Origin: Nitrosarchaeum sp.
Lineage (GTDB): Archaea; Thermoproteota; Nitrososphaeria; Nitrososphaerales; Nitrosopumilaceae
Direction: 5' to 3'
Assembly (NCBI GenBank): GCA_965223865.1
Contig: OZ245020.1
Span: 1,600,001 to 1,664,000 of the forward strand
Length of the DNA stretch: 64,000 bases
Every line of letters starts with the position of its first letter. The stretch's first letter is position 1. Shown piece by piece: positions 37,545 to 47,943 of the stretch. Made by a program: the position numbers and the translations under genes. Under the pieces are notes generated by a model. That model worked only from the letters and a program-made list of their open reading frames with translations. It was not told the origin of the DNA and searched no databases.

Positions 37545-38017
37545 AGTCAAACTTAATTTCAAAAAGTGAGACATCTGCACTTTTAAAAAAACTATCAGAA
37601 AAATGGGCAATTGATGTTCCTAAAATAAAAAATCTTAAAGTACACCAAATTTCAAATGAAGCTCAGATTATTACAGGACAAGGAATCAAAATTCTGAAAA
37701 TAGATGAAGAATACATGCCATTCTTATCAGAAACTAGTACTCTTGAAAAATTCCCCTATGTTATGGTAGACATGGGAGCTGTAAAGTTTATGTGTAAAGG
37801 TGCCAATGTAATGAGACCAGGAATAAAAAATTATTCTGATTTTGAAAAAGACAATATAGTATGCATTATAGAAGAGTCACAACACAAATTTTTAGCAGTT
37901 GGAAAATCAATTGTTTCAAGTCAAGAGCTTGATAATATGGAAAAAGGAGAGGTTGTAAAAAACATGCATTATATTTCTGATAAATTCTGGGAAATTGGAA
38001 AAACTCTTTACGATTAA
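37541..38017 (+). CDS. PUA-domain RNA-binding protein (MCT-1/Tma20-like)
   Basis: VDMGAVKFMCKGANVMRPGI...KGEVV..HYISD. Confidence 0.9.
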   Translation: MKSNLISKSETSALLKKLSEKWAIDVPKIKNLKVHQISNEAQIITGQGIKILKIDEEYMPFLSETSTLEKFPYVMVDMGAVKFMCKGANVMRPGIKNYSDFEKDNIVCIIEESQHKFLAVGKSIVSSQELDNMEKGEVVKNMHYISDKFWEIGKTLYD

Positions 38018-38610
38018 TTTATTTTTTCAGTAAACTCTTCAGTTCCTTCATTTGTAATAATAAGAATATCTAACCCATCACCACTTGCAGAGTCTCTAAG
38101 TGCTGCTGAACGAACTGCCTTTTTGGCCAAATCGATTGCATCATCCTTTGTCATGTTTGGTTTGAATTGTGGATCCAAAACTCCCAATGCCATTTCAGCT
38201 CCTGTTCCTACTGCAGCGTATTCGTCTGGAAGGACAGAACCTAAGGGATCAAGTGTATACAGTATTGGTTTGTCAACATTACCAGCAACAATTACTTGAG
38301 TTAAAAGTGGAAAGAATCTTCTTTCATACATCATATTTGACATCATCTTTGCGATGGTGTTTGGAGGAATATCTCTTTTTAATTCCATTTTTCTAATTTT
38401 TGCAAGTGCAGCAATTTGTAAAGTAAGAATTTGCATGTCAGCCACAAGACCAGCACACGTAGCACCTACTTTGGGAGTAATAGGAAAAGTTTTCTTTGAT
38501 GACTTGCTAACCAAGAAATTTCCAAAGGCTATTCTTTTTTCGCTGGCAAGAACAATGCCGCCATCAAATGTTATTCCCACTGCAGTTGCCCCTGGCATGT
38601 ACATTGACAT
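38014..38610 (-). CDS. psmB: Proteasome beta subunit
   Basis: GATAVGI, ASEKR, AGLVADMQ, GTG, RDSASGDG. Confidence 0.93.
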   Translation of the reverse strand: MSMYMPGATAVGITFDGGIVLASEKRIAFGNFLVSKSSKKTFPITPKVGATCAGLVADMQILTLQIAALAKIRKMELKRDIPPNTIAKMMSNMMYERRFFPLLTQVIVAGNVDKPILYTLDPLGSVLPDEYAAVGTGAEMALGVLDPQFKPNMTKDDAIDLAKKAVRSAALRDSASGDGLDILIITNEGTEEFTEKIN

Positions 38611-38703
38611 ATTTCAAATGATTTTAGAGCATAATAAAGGGCTTTCTCCTTTTTCGTATAATTTACGAATAATTAATTTATAGAGTGAAAAAGGTCTTGC
38701 TGT

Positions 38704-39123
38704 ATGGTAGGAGCAAGCATCCATGAAACAAAATTAAATGACATTACAAACTTTGGCCTCAGAGCAGCCATAGGAGTAATTTTCATAGTTCATGGATCTG
38801 GGAAATTTAATCCAGGATTTGCAGGATTTCTAACAGGACCTTTAGGTTTGCCTCCAGAGATGCAGATTCCCATAGCATTAGCAGAATTGATACCAGGAAT
38901 TCTTTTGATCGTTGGAGTATTAACTAGAATTTCTGCTTCTATGATTTCAATAATTATGATTGGGGCAATTTTCTACGTCAAAAAAGCAGCTAGTTTGACA
39001 GGAGATGGGGCATATGAATTAGATCTCATATTACTTGCAGGATCTTTAGTGGTGATTGCTGCAGGTCCCGGAAGAGCATCATTGGCCCATATTATCAAAA
39101 AACTGCCAAGATACCTACACTAA
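38704..39123 (+). CDS. DoxX family membrane protein
   Basis: LRAAIGVIFIVHG..K, ELIPGILLIVGVLTR, GPG. Confidence 0.9.
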   Translation: MVGASIHETKLNDITNFGLRAAIGVIFIVHGSGKFNPGFAGFLTGPLGLPPEMQIPIALAELIPGILLIVGVLTRISASMISIIMIGAIFYVKKAASLTGDGAYELDLILLAGSLVVIAAGPGRASLAHIIKKLPRYLH

Positions 39124-40472
39124 TTTTTTCCAAATTTTTCCATTATTAAGCAGATGCATTTTGTAGTTTTTTGAAGTAAATCAATTCGGGCAAATTCGTT
39201 TGGAGAATGTATTCGAGAAAATATGTATGTACTACCAATTGAGATGCAAGGAGATTTTAGGATATTAGTAAAAGAGAACATCGGTCCAGTTCCAGCATTT
39301 GAAACATTAAGAATAGAGTTTCCAAAAGACTCATCGGCAGCATCCTTTACTGTAGTGACAAATGGGTCAGAAGGATTTGTTCTTACAGCAGCCTCGCCGT
39401 GAAAAACTTTGATGTTAATATCAGAAAATCCTTTTGATTTTAAATGATTTTTGAGTCTTGAAATTTGTTTTTTAGGATCCATTTGAGGAACAAGTCTAAA
39501 ATCAATTTTCACTAGAGCCTTTCCTGGTAGAACAGTTTTTGCACCTTCCCCAGTATAACCTGAAACAAATCCGGCAATATTACATGTTGCACCAGATACC
39601 AATGCTTTTTTTGCATCCATACCACGCATATTATCAACAAATGAATCAATGTCAAATTCTTTTTTGAAGGATTTTTCATCAAACGGTTCTTTGGAAATAA
39701 GTTCTAAATCAGTTTTTGATAAAGGCTTTACATCTTTGTACCAATCTTTAATGAGAATTTTTCCATTCTTATCTCGAATTGTTTTTAGTGCTTCAATTAA
39801 TCTCCATGCAGGGTTTTTGATTAATACTGCCAAACTTGAATGAGCATCACGAATAGATTCCACAACAGACAATTCAACAAAAAGAAGCCCTTTCATTCCC
39901 AAACTAATAATTGGTTTATTTTTAGGATCAACATATCCGAATTCCCATATTACACCATCACAAGAAAATTTCTTTTTGTGTTTTTTTAAATAATCTTCAA
40001 TATGTGCACTTCCAGTTTCTTCTTCGCCTTCTATTACAAATTTAATATTACATGGTACATCTCCAGTAGTTTTTAAAAATGCCTCAACTGCTTTGATTCT
40101 TGTAATTAATTCGCCCTTATCATCAGTAGAACCACGACCGAAGATCTTGTTTCCCTTTATTTTACCACTAAATGGTGGAAAATCCCACTGATCAAAGGGT
40201 TCTGCAGGTTGAACATCATAATGATTGTAAAACAGTAATGTTTTTGATGGATTTGATTTTGATTTGATTTCCCCATAAACTATTGGCGCAACATTTTTTT
40301 TCAATCTCAGAATTTCAGATTTTATTCCGGATTTTATCAATAATTTTTTGACAAGTTTTGCACATTCTTCAATTCCTTCATTTTTGGCAGAAACACTAGG
40401 TTGTCTAATTAAAATTTGTAAATCTGAAACAAGATTTTTCATGTGGGAATTTACATACTTGAGAGTATTCAT
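39120..40472 (-). CDS. M20/M25/M40 family metallopeptidase
   Basis: YNHYDVQP, GRGSTDDKG, EGEEETGS, HSPNE. Confidence 0.93.
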   Translation of the reverse strand: MNTLKYVNSHMKNLVSDLQILIRQPSVSAKNEGIEECAKLVKKLLIKSGIKSEILRLKKNVAPIVYGEIKSKSNPSKTLLFYNHYDVQPAEPFDQWDFPPFSGKIKGNKIFGRGSTDDKGELITRIKAVEAFLKTTGDVPCNIKFVIEGEEETGSAHIEDYLKKHKKKFSCDGVIWEFGYVDPKNKPIISLGMKGLLFVELSVVESIRDAHSSLAVLIKNPAWRLIEALKTIRDKNGKILIKDWYKDVKPLSKTDLELISKEPFDEKSFKKEFDIDSFVDNMRGMDAKKALVSGATCNIAGFVSGYTGEGAKTVLPGKALVKIDFRLVPQMDPKKQISRLKNHLKSKGFSDINIKVFHGEAAVRTNPSDPFVTTVKDAADESFGNSILNVSNAGTGPMFSFTNILKSPCISIGSTYIFSRIHSPNEFARIDLLQKTTKCICLIMEKFGKN

Positions 40473-40476
40473 ATCA

Positions 40477-41358
40477 CTATACAATTTTATCAAAAGGTTT
40501 CATTACACTGGCAAGTTCTTCTAATAGATCCATAGAAGTCATGTGCAATCCTAGCTTTTTTTGAGCAGACTTTCCAGCAAGTCCATTGATAAATGTGGCT
40601 GCTGCACAAGATTCCAAAGTATTACGATTTTTTGAAAGCATACCTGCCACTAATCCAGACAACACATCACCAGTACCACCAACGGTCATTCCAGGAGTTT
40701 TCTTCTCAATAAGAAAAGTGGTATTTCCATCAGATATGATATCAGTAGAACCTTTTAACAAAACAGTAATTCCATTCTCTTTAGCATTTTTTTCAACAAG
40801 AGAGATTCTTTCTTTTTTAGAATCTGGAGGTAAAATCCCAAATAATCTCTTAAACTCTCCTGCATGAGGAGTCACTACAACATTTTTGTCAGGTAAAAAC
40901 GGTAAAACTTCTGGAATCAATGCACTTGCATCCAAAGAAAGACGAACATCTCTATCAAGTAGTGATTTTATCAGATTTATCAATGCAGTTTTTTCTTGAA
41001 TTGCAAGTCCCATACCAATAGTTGCAGAATCAAGATTTCGTGGTAATGCACCAAGCAGTTTATTCACAGCACCCCGCGTTAATTTTTGATCAACTAAGGG
41101 AATTACAATAAGATTTGGAGAGATTGCTCTTGTTGGTGTAACGTTGATCTTTGGAATAGCAGTGTACACCAAGTCTGTTCCGCAGCGTAATGAAGCAATT
41201 GATGATAAAATAGGCGCTCCATGATAGATGTAGCTTCCTCCTACTACCAAAACTACTCCATTGTCTCCCTTTCTAGAGTTTGATTTACGTGGCGGAATGA
41301 ATTTCTTAATATCTGAAAGTTGAAGAGATTTTCTTATCACAATATGACTGTCAAACAA
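40477..41358 (-). CDS. nnrD: NAD(P)H-hydrate dehydratase
   Basis: KGDNGVVLVVGGS..YHGA, DASAL, TPHAGEF, GGTGDVLSG. Confidence 0.93.
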   Translation of the reverse strand: MFDSHIVIRKSLQLSDIKKFIPPRKSNSRKGDNGVVLVVGGSYIYHGAPILSSIASLRCGTDLVYTAIPKINVTPTRAISPNLIVIPLVDQKLTRGAVNKLLGALPRNLDSATIGMGLAIQEKTALINLIKSLLDRDVRLSLDASALIPEVLPFLPDKNVVVTPHAGEFKRLFGILPPDSKKERISLVEKNAKENGITVLLKGSTDIISDGNTTFLIEKKTPGMTVGGTGDVLSGLVAGMLSKNRNTLESCAAATFINGLAGKSAQKKLGLHMTSMDLLEELASVMKPFDKIV

Positions 41359-41382
41359 AGAGGAATAAATCTTGTTTTGGTA

Positions 41383-42216
41383 TTACCTTGAGGACAATGT
41401 ACGAGATTTTTTGGTAGGTTTCGATTTTTTAGAACCTCGCTCAAAGAAGGCTTTTCGAGCATAGCATAAGTAAGTAGTATGACCAATGCCTTGAAATGAA
41501 TGTCTTGTTTTTCCTTCTCTTGCCTCAATGGTTCGCAAAATATGCTCAGTGGACTCAATATCTGTGAATTCGTTTTCTACCAATGCAAGAGTCAATTTTT
41601 CTAATTGATTCATTGTAGGACAGATGGCAAAAATTGCTCCACTTCCCTTCAGCATTTTTCGAATCTGAGGGATTACAGTCCACGGATCACCTAAATCGAT
41701 TAGTGCAATATCAGCATCATCAAATGGTAATTTCTTGGCAGTTTTCAAATCTAACTTTTCTTGTGTAACATATTTTGAGACTCCTGCTTTATGGATATTT
41801 TTTTCTGCAATCTTCATAAAATTTTCATCTACATCATAAGTGTAAACATGTCCACGAGGTTTTACAACACTTGCAACAAATGAAGTTAGAGAACCACTAC
41901 CAGTTCCAATTTCGATAATTTTTTGACCACTGGTAATTCCGGCTCGTGCAATTATGTATCCAATGTCTTTTGGATAAACAATCTGAGTACCATGTTGAAT
42001 TTTCATAATATAATCATAGATAGTAGGTTTTAGAAGATAGACATACTTGTCCTTGTTTGTTATTAGACGAGAACCATATTCTTTTCCTATTGCATCAGTA
42101 TGTTTAATCACACCAATATGAGTATGAAGAGATTCTTTTTTTGAGATTTTTACAAGCCATTTTTTTGAATGATTAAAGTAAAATAAAACAGGAGAATTTT
42201 GCTTAATCTTATCCAT
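41383..42216 (-). CDS. trmI: tRNA (adenine-N1)-methyltransferase
   Basis: TQIVYPKD, EIGTGSGSLT, DLGDPW, GHTTYL. Confidence 0.93.
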   Translation of the reverse strand: MDKIKQNSPVLFYFNHSKKWLVKISKKESLHTHIGVIKHTDAIGKEYGSRLITNKDKYVYLLKPTIYDYIMKIQHGTQIVYPKDIGYIIARAGITSGQKIIEIGTGSGSLTSFVASVVKPRGHVYTYDVDENFMKIAEKNIHKAGVSKYVTQEKLDLKTAKKLPFDDADIALIDLGDPWTVIPQIRKMLKGSGAIFAICPTMNQLEKLTLALVENEFTDIESTEHILRTIEAREGKTRHSFQGIGHTTYLCYARKAFFERGSKKSKPTKKSRTLSSR

Positions 42217-42465
42217 GAAAATACCCAAGAAAAATTAGATAAGAACCTACTGATTCTTTGTATATCATATAAGATATAGAAATCAAGGGATCAAACAGAA
42301 TAAAGATTTGACTTGACAATTGTAATCTTGTATGGCGACTTTAACATGAGATTATAACCATACATATTGGCTAAATATTCCAAATTTTAGATTGATTGAT
42401 TTGCAAGTCAATACTGTTTAGAGATTATTGGTCATGTATGAGATAATTAATTTTGAGAGGTATTG

Positions 42466-42996
42466 TTAACTTCCCCAGGCCAAAGGCAACAAAAATACCA
42501 TCATTACTGTAACAATTGGAATGCAGATGAGATCAAACGGAAGTCCATATCGAATCATCTGTCTTATCGATACATACCCACTGCCAATTGCAATGGCATT
42601 TGGAGGAGTTCCAACGGGCATCATGAATCCATAGCTTGTCGCAAATGCAACAGGTGCCATGAATAAAATAGGATCTAATTCTGCTGTAGAACCTAAAACT
42701 GCCATAATTGGGAGTAATAAAGCAGCTACAGCAGTATTGCTCATGAGTTCACTTGTTAGGATTGTAATGGTGACGATAATTAGAACAATCAAGAAAAAGT
42801 CAAGATCACCAATAAACAACATCTTGTCTGCTATCCAAGCACCTAATCCTAAAACAAGCTTGGCCTCAAAAACCAGTCCTTCTATTGGATATGAAAGAAT
42901 TATTGTAAATAAAATGGGAGCTATTACAAATCCTGTAAATCGTAGTCTGTTGTGTAATGGAATCCACTTGTTAAAATTATTCATTAAATTATTCAT
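42466..42996 (-). pseudogene. SLC13/DASS sodium:dicarboxylate/sulfate symporter with large in-frame internal deletion
   Basis: Has the N-terminal start (EAKLVLGLGAW) and C-terminal motifs (SELMSNTA, FMMPVGTPPNAIA) but is only 176 aa. Confidence 0.7.
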
Positions 42997-43150
42997 GTGA
43001 GATTTTATTTAAGATTGATTCACAGAACAACATGTGTTTTTCAAATAATCCAAATCCTTATTGGTCAAAATGGTTCTTAAAATAGTGATTGGTTTGCACG
43101 CCAACACCCAGAGAGACAGCCAAGCGGGATATTGTGCACTCTCTGGGACA

Positions 43151-45037
43151 TTACATTTTACCTGGTGCATCAATTCCTAACAAATCAAGGGATTTTTCAA
43201 TTGTTGATTTGAATGAATTGACTAGACAGAGTCTAGCATCTTCCAGTTTTTCATCACTTAAATCTAAAACTTTGACATGTTCGTAAAAAGAATTGAAAAA
43301 CACTGCCAAATCATGACAATATCTGGCAATTACTTTGGGAGACAAATTCATTGAGGCATCACGAACCTGAATGTCAAACAAACCAATGATTTTAATCAAT
43401 TCTAGTTCTGATTTGTCATTTAACAAACCAAAGTCAACATTAATTGAAGATCTCTTTTTAGATTTTTCTAAGATTCTTGACGCTCTTGCATGAGTATATT
43501 GTATGTAAGATGCAGTATCACCTTCTAAACTAAGAGATTTTGTCAAATCAAATGCTATTACTTTATCAAGATCTTGTTTTATCATTTCATAACGCAATGT
43601 TCCAACGGCGACTTTGTGTGCAATTGTATCAATTTCAACTTCTTCCATTTCTGGATGTCGTTTTTTTGTTTCTTCAATGGTTTTGTTTTTTAGTAAATCA
43701 TAAACTGCATCAGCATTAACGTATAATCCCTTACGGCCAGACATCTGAGCTTGTTTTCCATTAGTATCAAGACCCAATGTCTTTGCAGTATCTGCACTTA
43801 GCGTTACTGATTCATAACCGAGATGTACATATGCATCATCTATTGATTTGAATTTTGCCATAAGAGAAGTAATTATTTTTTGTAGTCTTGTTTGCCTCGA
43901 ATCAATTACAGTTATTACTTTTTGTCCAGAAAAATTTTGTTTTGACTCTGAAGAATCTTCCAAAGTAGTTTGCCACAAAATTTGATTGCCAGGTTGGGTT
44001 TTTTCAAATTTTTGATAATTAAATGGATCATCTAACAAACCTAGTTTCCAAGCTGCGTAAGGAATATCTTTTGCAATGTAAGTTGCAGTACCATTACTTC
44101 TAACAATTACCTTATCTTCTTCGTTTTTATCCCCACGGATTACCCAACAGCCAATATTTTTTCCTTCTTTTTCAAATTCAACAAGTCCCATTTCCTTGAG
44201 TTTTTCAAATATTTTGGCCCATAATCCTGAGCGAATTATCTGAGATTCGAAATTAAGGCAATCATAGAAAATTCCAAAATTCCAGCAGGTTTCAAGTTGG
44301 CTTGATAAAACACGTTTAGTAATTTTATCAGCAAACTTTGCAGTTTCGGAATTTGGCTCTTCTAATTCTTTGAGAGTATTTTTTCGAATTTCTTCTAAAC
44401 TGGGGTCTGTTTCATATTTTTCAGTAGTTTTTACATAAACGTCATCACCGCAATAATGATCAAATTTTTTTTCTGAAGGAGGTTCTAGAGCAAATCCAAA
44501 ATGTTTGAATCCTACAATGATGTCTGCAACTTGTAATCCTGAATCATCTATATAGTTTAGAATATTTACTTTATAATTTGATTTTTTTAGAATTCTAGAT
44601 ACAGTGTCGCCAATAATGATATTTCGGATATGACCGATATGAAGAGCTTTGTTTGGATTTACACTGGTATGCTCAACAACTATTGTTGAATTTTTTCCAA
44701 GATTAATTGTGCCAAATTCATCTAAAATAGATTCAGATAGTATGAGTTGAGTTAATTTTTTCCAATCAGCAAAAAAATTCAAGTACCCAGACGGATGAGG
44801 TTCTGCTTTTAACACTAATGTGCTTTGGTATTTTGCATACTTTTCAGATAACATAGATGCAATATCTCTTGGGTTTTTTTTGAGTTTCTTTGAAAGCAAA
44901 AATGAGATGTTAGAACTTGCATCACCAAATCCATGTTTTGCTGGTTCAACTGAAAATGAAAGATCATATACAGAAAGTTCATCCAGTATTTTTTTTAGGT
45001 TATTTTCAATTTCATCAGTTATTGATTTGAAGGACAA
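43151..45037 (-). CDS. argS: Arginine--tRNA ligase
   Basis: EHTSVNPNKALHIGHIRN, MSGRKG, YIQYTHAR. Confidence 0.96.
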   Translation of the reverse strand: MSFKSITDEIENNLKKILDELSVYDLSFSVEPAKHGFGDASSNISFLLSKKLKKNPRDIASMLSEKYAKYQSTLVLKAEPHPSGYLNFFADWKKLTQLILSESILDEFGTINLGKNSTIVVEHTSVNPNKALHIGHIRNIIIGDTVSRILKKSNYKVNILNYIDDSGLQVADIIVGFKHFGFALEPPSEKKFDHYCGDDVYVKTTEKYETDPSLEEIRKNTLKELEEPNSETAKFADKITKRVLSSQLETCWNFGIFYDCLNFESQIIRSGLWAKIFEKLKEMGLVEFEKEGKNIGCWVIRGDKNEEDKVIVRSNGTATYIAKDIPYAAWKLGLLDDPFNYQKFEKTQPGNQILWQTTLEDSSESKQNFSGQKVITVIDSRQTRLQKIITSLMAKFKSIDDAYVHLGYESVTLSADTAKTLGLDTNGKQAQMSGRKGLYVNADAVYDLLKNKTIEETKKRHPEMEEVEIDTIAHKVAVGTLRYEMIKQDLDKVIAFDLTKSLSLEGDTASYIQYTHARASRILEKSKKRSSINVDFGLLNDKSELELIKIIGLFDIQVRDASMNLSPKVIARYCHDLAVFFNSFYEHVKVLDLSDEKLEDARLCLVNSFKSTIEKSLDLLGIDAPGKM

Positions 45038-45039
45038 TT

Positions 45040-45735
45040 CTACATCTCCAATAATCTTGGTGCTAATTTATCTAAAGCCTCAATTACACCGTCACCTGCT
45101 TTGCCAGTAACGGTCATTGTAGCCTCAGATTTTACATCTTCTGCAGCATTTCCCAATGCAATACTAGTTTTGGCTACTTTAAATAATGGGATATCAGTTG
45201 CGCTATCCCCTATTGCAATTACATCATAAGGGGAAATGTTCAATCTTCTCATAATTTCTTTGAATCCAAATCCCTTATCAATTCCAGATGAATTAATATG
45301 AAAAGCATATTGGCTATCAGACAATAAAACATCAAGATTTTTTTCAGATACAATCTTTTTTGCCAGATTTAAATCAAAGGTTCTCTCTAAAACAACTTCA
45401 GTCATTCTTGGAAAGACAGATTTTTCTCGAACATTTTCAATTTCATTTTTAATTACATCAAAGGCCTTTTTGCATATTTCAATATCCCCTAGCTTAATGT
45501 GCTCATTTGCATCCATAGTGATACATCCGCCATTTTCTCCAACTGCAATTTTTGTTGTCCCTCCAAAGACAGATAACAAAAAACCTTCAATTGAAGAACG
45601 GCCAGTTACAAAAATAACATTATGTCCCATGGTTTTCATATGCCTTAAGGCAGCTAGAGCATCCAAGTTTATTCTACCCCCTCCATTTTCAGTTATTGTA
45701 CCATCAATGTCAACTGCAAATGTTTTAGGTTTCAT
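45040..45735 (-). CDS. HAD-IIB phosphatase (phosphoglycolate phosphatase-like)
   Basis: DIDGT, TGR, ENGG, DKG, GDSATD. Confidence 0.9.
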   Translation of the reverse strand: MKPKTFAVDIDGTITENGGGRINLDALAALRHMKTMGHNVIFVTGRSSIEGFLLSVFGGTTKIAVGENGGCITMDANEHIKLGDIEICKKAFDVIKNEIENVREKSVFPRMTEVVLERTFDLNLAKKIVSEKNLDVLLSDSQYAFHINSSGIDKGFGFKEIMRRLNISPYDVIAIGDSATDIPLFKVAKTSIALGNAAEDVKSEATMTVTGKAGDGVIEALDKLAPRLLEM

Positions 45736-45931
45736 AGGAACCCTTTTTTCAACCGAATAATATTTGCTACTAACTCAAGCTCCGATCAATTCCAAAATTT
45801 CTGTTTGCCATTAATTATAATCATTGAAAAAGGAGTTTTGGGATCTATTGGCATTACATCTTTGCACAATTGCTAATCCACAAAAATAATTTTATTTAAT
45901 AATATTAGAAAATTTCCCTGTACTAACAGAA

Positions 45932-46201
45932 TTAGGATTCATACTCTTTTTTGAATAGTTCTAGTGAGAGATTAATTCTATTTTCAACATATTTTTGTTG
46001 GTTAGGAGGTAAATTGTCAAATTCAACACCTTTTTCAGAAAGCAAGGTAGACAAACGAGCCTCAAATTGAACTCGTAATTTTTCCTCCATTCCTTCTTCA
46101 AAGAAATGACCTCTAAACTGAATTACAATTCCCTCCAAAGTATTTTCTACATTGTCACAAAGTTTTGAAAGTAAATCATCAGATATTGGATTGGAGACCA
46201 T
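45932..46201 (-). CDS. Hypothetical protein
   Basis: ORF; probable start at MVSNPISD. Confidence 0.55.
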   Translation of the reverse strand: MVSNPISDDLLSKLCDNVENTLEGIVIQFRGHFFEEGMEEKLRVQFEARLSTLLSEKGVEFDNLPPNQQKYVENRINLSLELFKKEYES

Positions 46202-46293
46202 CAACAGATCAACAAATACTATAGAAATTATATTTTTAATAGTTAATGAGAAGATACGCCAAAATTGATTAATGCAATAAATCAAGATTTTTT

Positions 46294-46518
46294 GTGAAGA
46301 AAGGTACCATTGAAGAGATTTTTAGTAAAGCTAAATTTGCAGATAATCCCAATGAATACAAAATTTTTTACAGAGATTTTGAGAGAATAGTAGAAAAACC
46401 ACTACCAGAATTTATTAAAGAATCAAATAATTTTCAAACAATTCCCGTCTCAAGAATAGAGAGGATAGAAACAAGAAATACCATTTTATTTGAAAAGAGA
46501 AAACCAGAGGTAGAGTAA
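46294..46518 (+). CDS. DUF504/MJ1316-like RNA-repair domain protein
   Basis: I.YRD...IPVSRI..I......FEKR pattern. Confidence 0.7.
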   Translation: MKKGTIEEIFSKAKFADNPNEYKIFYRDFERIVEKPLPEFIKESNNFQTIPVSRIERIETRNTILFEKRKPEVE

Positions 46519-46520
46519 GT

Positions 46521-47630
46521 TTGGGAATTCCAGAAAAAATTAAAGCCATTCAAGATGAAATGGCAAGAACCCAAATTAACAAAGCAACAGAACACCATTT
46601 AGGTTTACTAAAAGCAAAAATTGCAAAACTTAAACGAGAACAAGAAGATAAAGATACAAAAAAGAGTGGAGCAAAAACAGATGGCTTTGATGTTAGACGG
46701 ACAGGAGATGCAACTGTCGTTTTCATCGGATTGCCAAGTGTTGGAAAATCAACTCTTCTTAACAAATTAACAGGAGCAAAATCTACAGTAGGAGCATTTC
46801 AATTTACTACCTTAACTGTTGTGCCAGGAATGATGGAATATCGTGGTGCAAAAATCCAAATTTTAGATCTGCCAGGCATCATCAAGGGCGCCTCAAGTGG
46901 CAAGGGATTAGGAAAAAGAATTTTGTCTGTTGCAAGAAGCGCAGATTTAGTGTTACTTGTTTTAGATGTTTTTCAACCATACCATGAAAATGTACTAGTA
47001 AATGAATTAGGAAATATTGGAATCAGATTAAATCAATTACCTCCAAACATAACTATAGAAAAAGCATCTACTGGAGGAATTGCAATTGCACAGCAAGTAA
47101 AACTAACTAAAATCTCAGAACAACATCTTAAAGATATTCTTCATCTTTATGGAATAGTAAGTGCACGTGTTGTAATCAGAGAAGATATTTCTTCTGAACA
47201 ATTAGCTGATCACATTGCAGGAAATATTAGTTATTCAAAAGCATTGACAATACTAAATAAAATAGATTTAGTAGATAAAGAATTTCTAAAAGACTTTAAA
47301 ACAAAAATTAAAACAAATGTTATAGAGGTTTCAGCAAACTCTGACATCAACATTGAATTACTAAAAGAGAAAATTTATGAAAAATTAAGTTTCATTAGAA
47401 TTTACATGAGGCCAAAAGGTGGAGAGACAGACTTTAAAGAACCACTAATTGCAAGAGAAGGAGACACCGTAGAGGACATTTGCAACAAATTACATCGTAG
47501 AATGAAAAGAGAATTTAGATATGGAATGGTTTGGGGGAAAAGTGCAAAGTTTGGTGGACAAAGAGTAGGATTGAATCATATTTTGCAAGATGAAGACGTA
47601 TTAACAATAATTAAAACTCGCGGTACATAA
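46521..47630 (+). CDS. DRG/Rbg family GTPase with TGS domain
   Basis: NKATEHHLG, GLPSVGKST, FTT, DLPG, NKID, C-terminal TGS. Confidence 0.95.
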   Translation: MGIPEKIKAIQDEMARTQINKATEHHLGLLKAKIAKLKREQEDKDTKKSGAKTDGFDVRRTGDATVVFIGLPSVGKSTLLNKLTGAKSTVGAFQFTTLTVVPGMMEYRGAKIQILDLPGIIKGASSGKGLGKRILSVARSADLVLLVLDVFQPYHENVLVNELGNIGIRLNQLPPNITIEKASTGGIAIAQQVKLTKISEQHLKDILHLYGIVSARVVIREDISSEQLADHIAGNISYSKALTILNKIDLVDKEFLKDFKTKIKTNVIEVSANSDINIELLKEKIYEKLSFIRIYMRPKGGETDFKEPLIAREGDTVEDICNKLHRRMKREFRYGMVWGKSAKFGGQRVGLNHILQDEDVLTIIKTRGT

Positions 47631-47651
47631 TTTTAGATCAAAAGAAACGAG

Positions 47652-47828
47652 ATGGAACAGGAAAAAGAACAACGATGGTGTAAATTTTGTATGACAAAAA
47701 CAAAACAACTTGTAGTTTTTCTTCCCGAAATGGCAACATACAAGCGTAGAAGACAATACAAATGCACGATTTGTGGGAAAAAAAGTTGGTTGCAAGGAAG
47801 AAGACCATCAGCTGAAAGTGTTTACTGA
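47652..47828 (+). CDS. Small zinc-ribbon protein (58 aa)
   Basis: Hand translation MEQEKEQRWCKFCMTKTKQLVVFLPEMATYKRRRQYKCTICGKKSWLQGRRPSAESVY. Confidence 0.65.
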   Translation: MEQEKEQRWCKFCMTKTKQLVVFLPEMATYKRRRQYKCTICGKKSWLQGRRPSAESVY

Positions 47829-47943
47829 AAAAATTTCGATCAAAAAAAATTTTTTTGAAAAAATTTCGTTGATAAATTGTTATCAAATTGTGTAACTTTC
47901 TTTAGTTTAACTATAGAATAACAATGAAAATCTCGTTTTTTTA

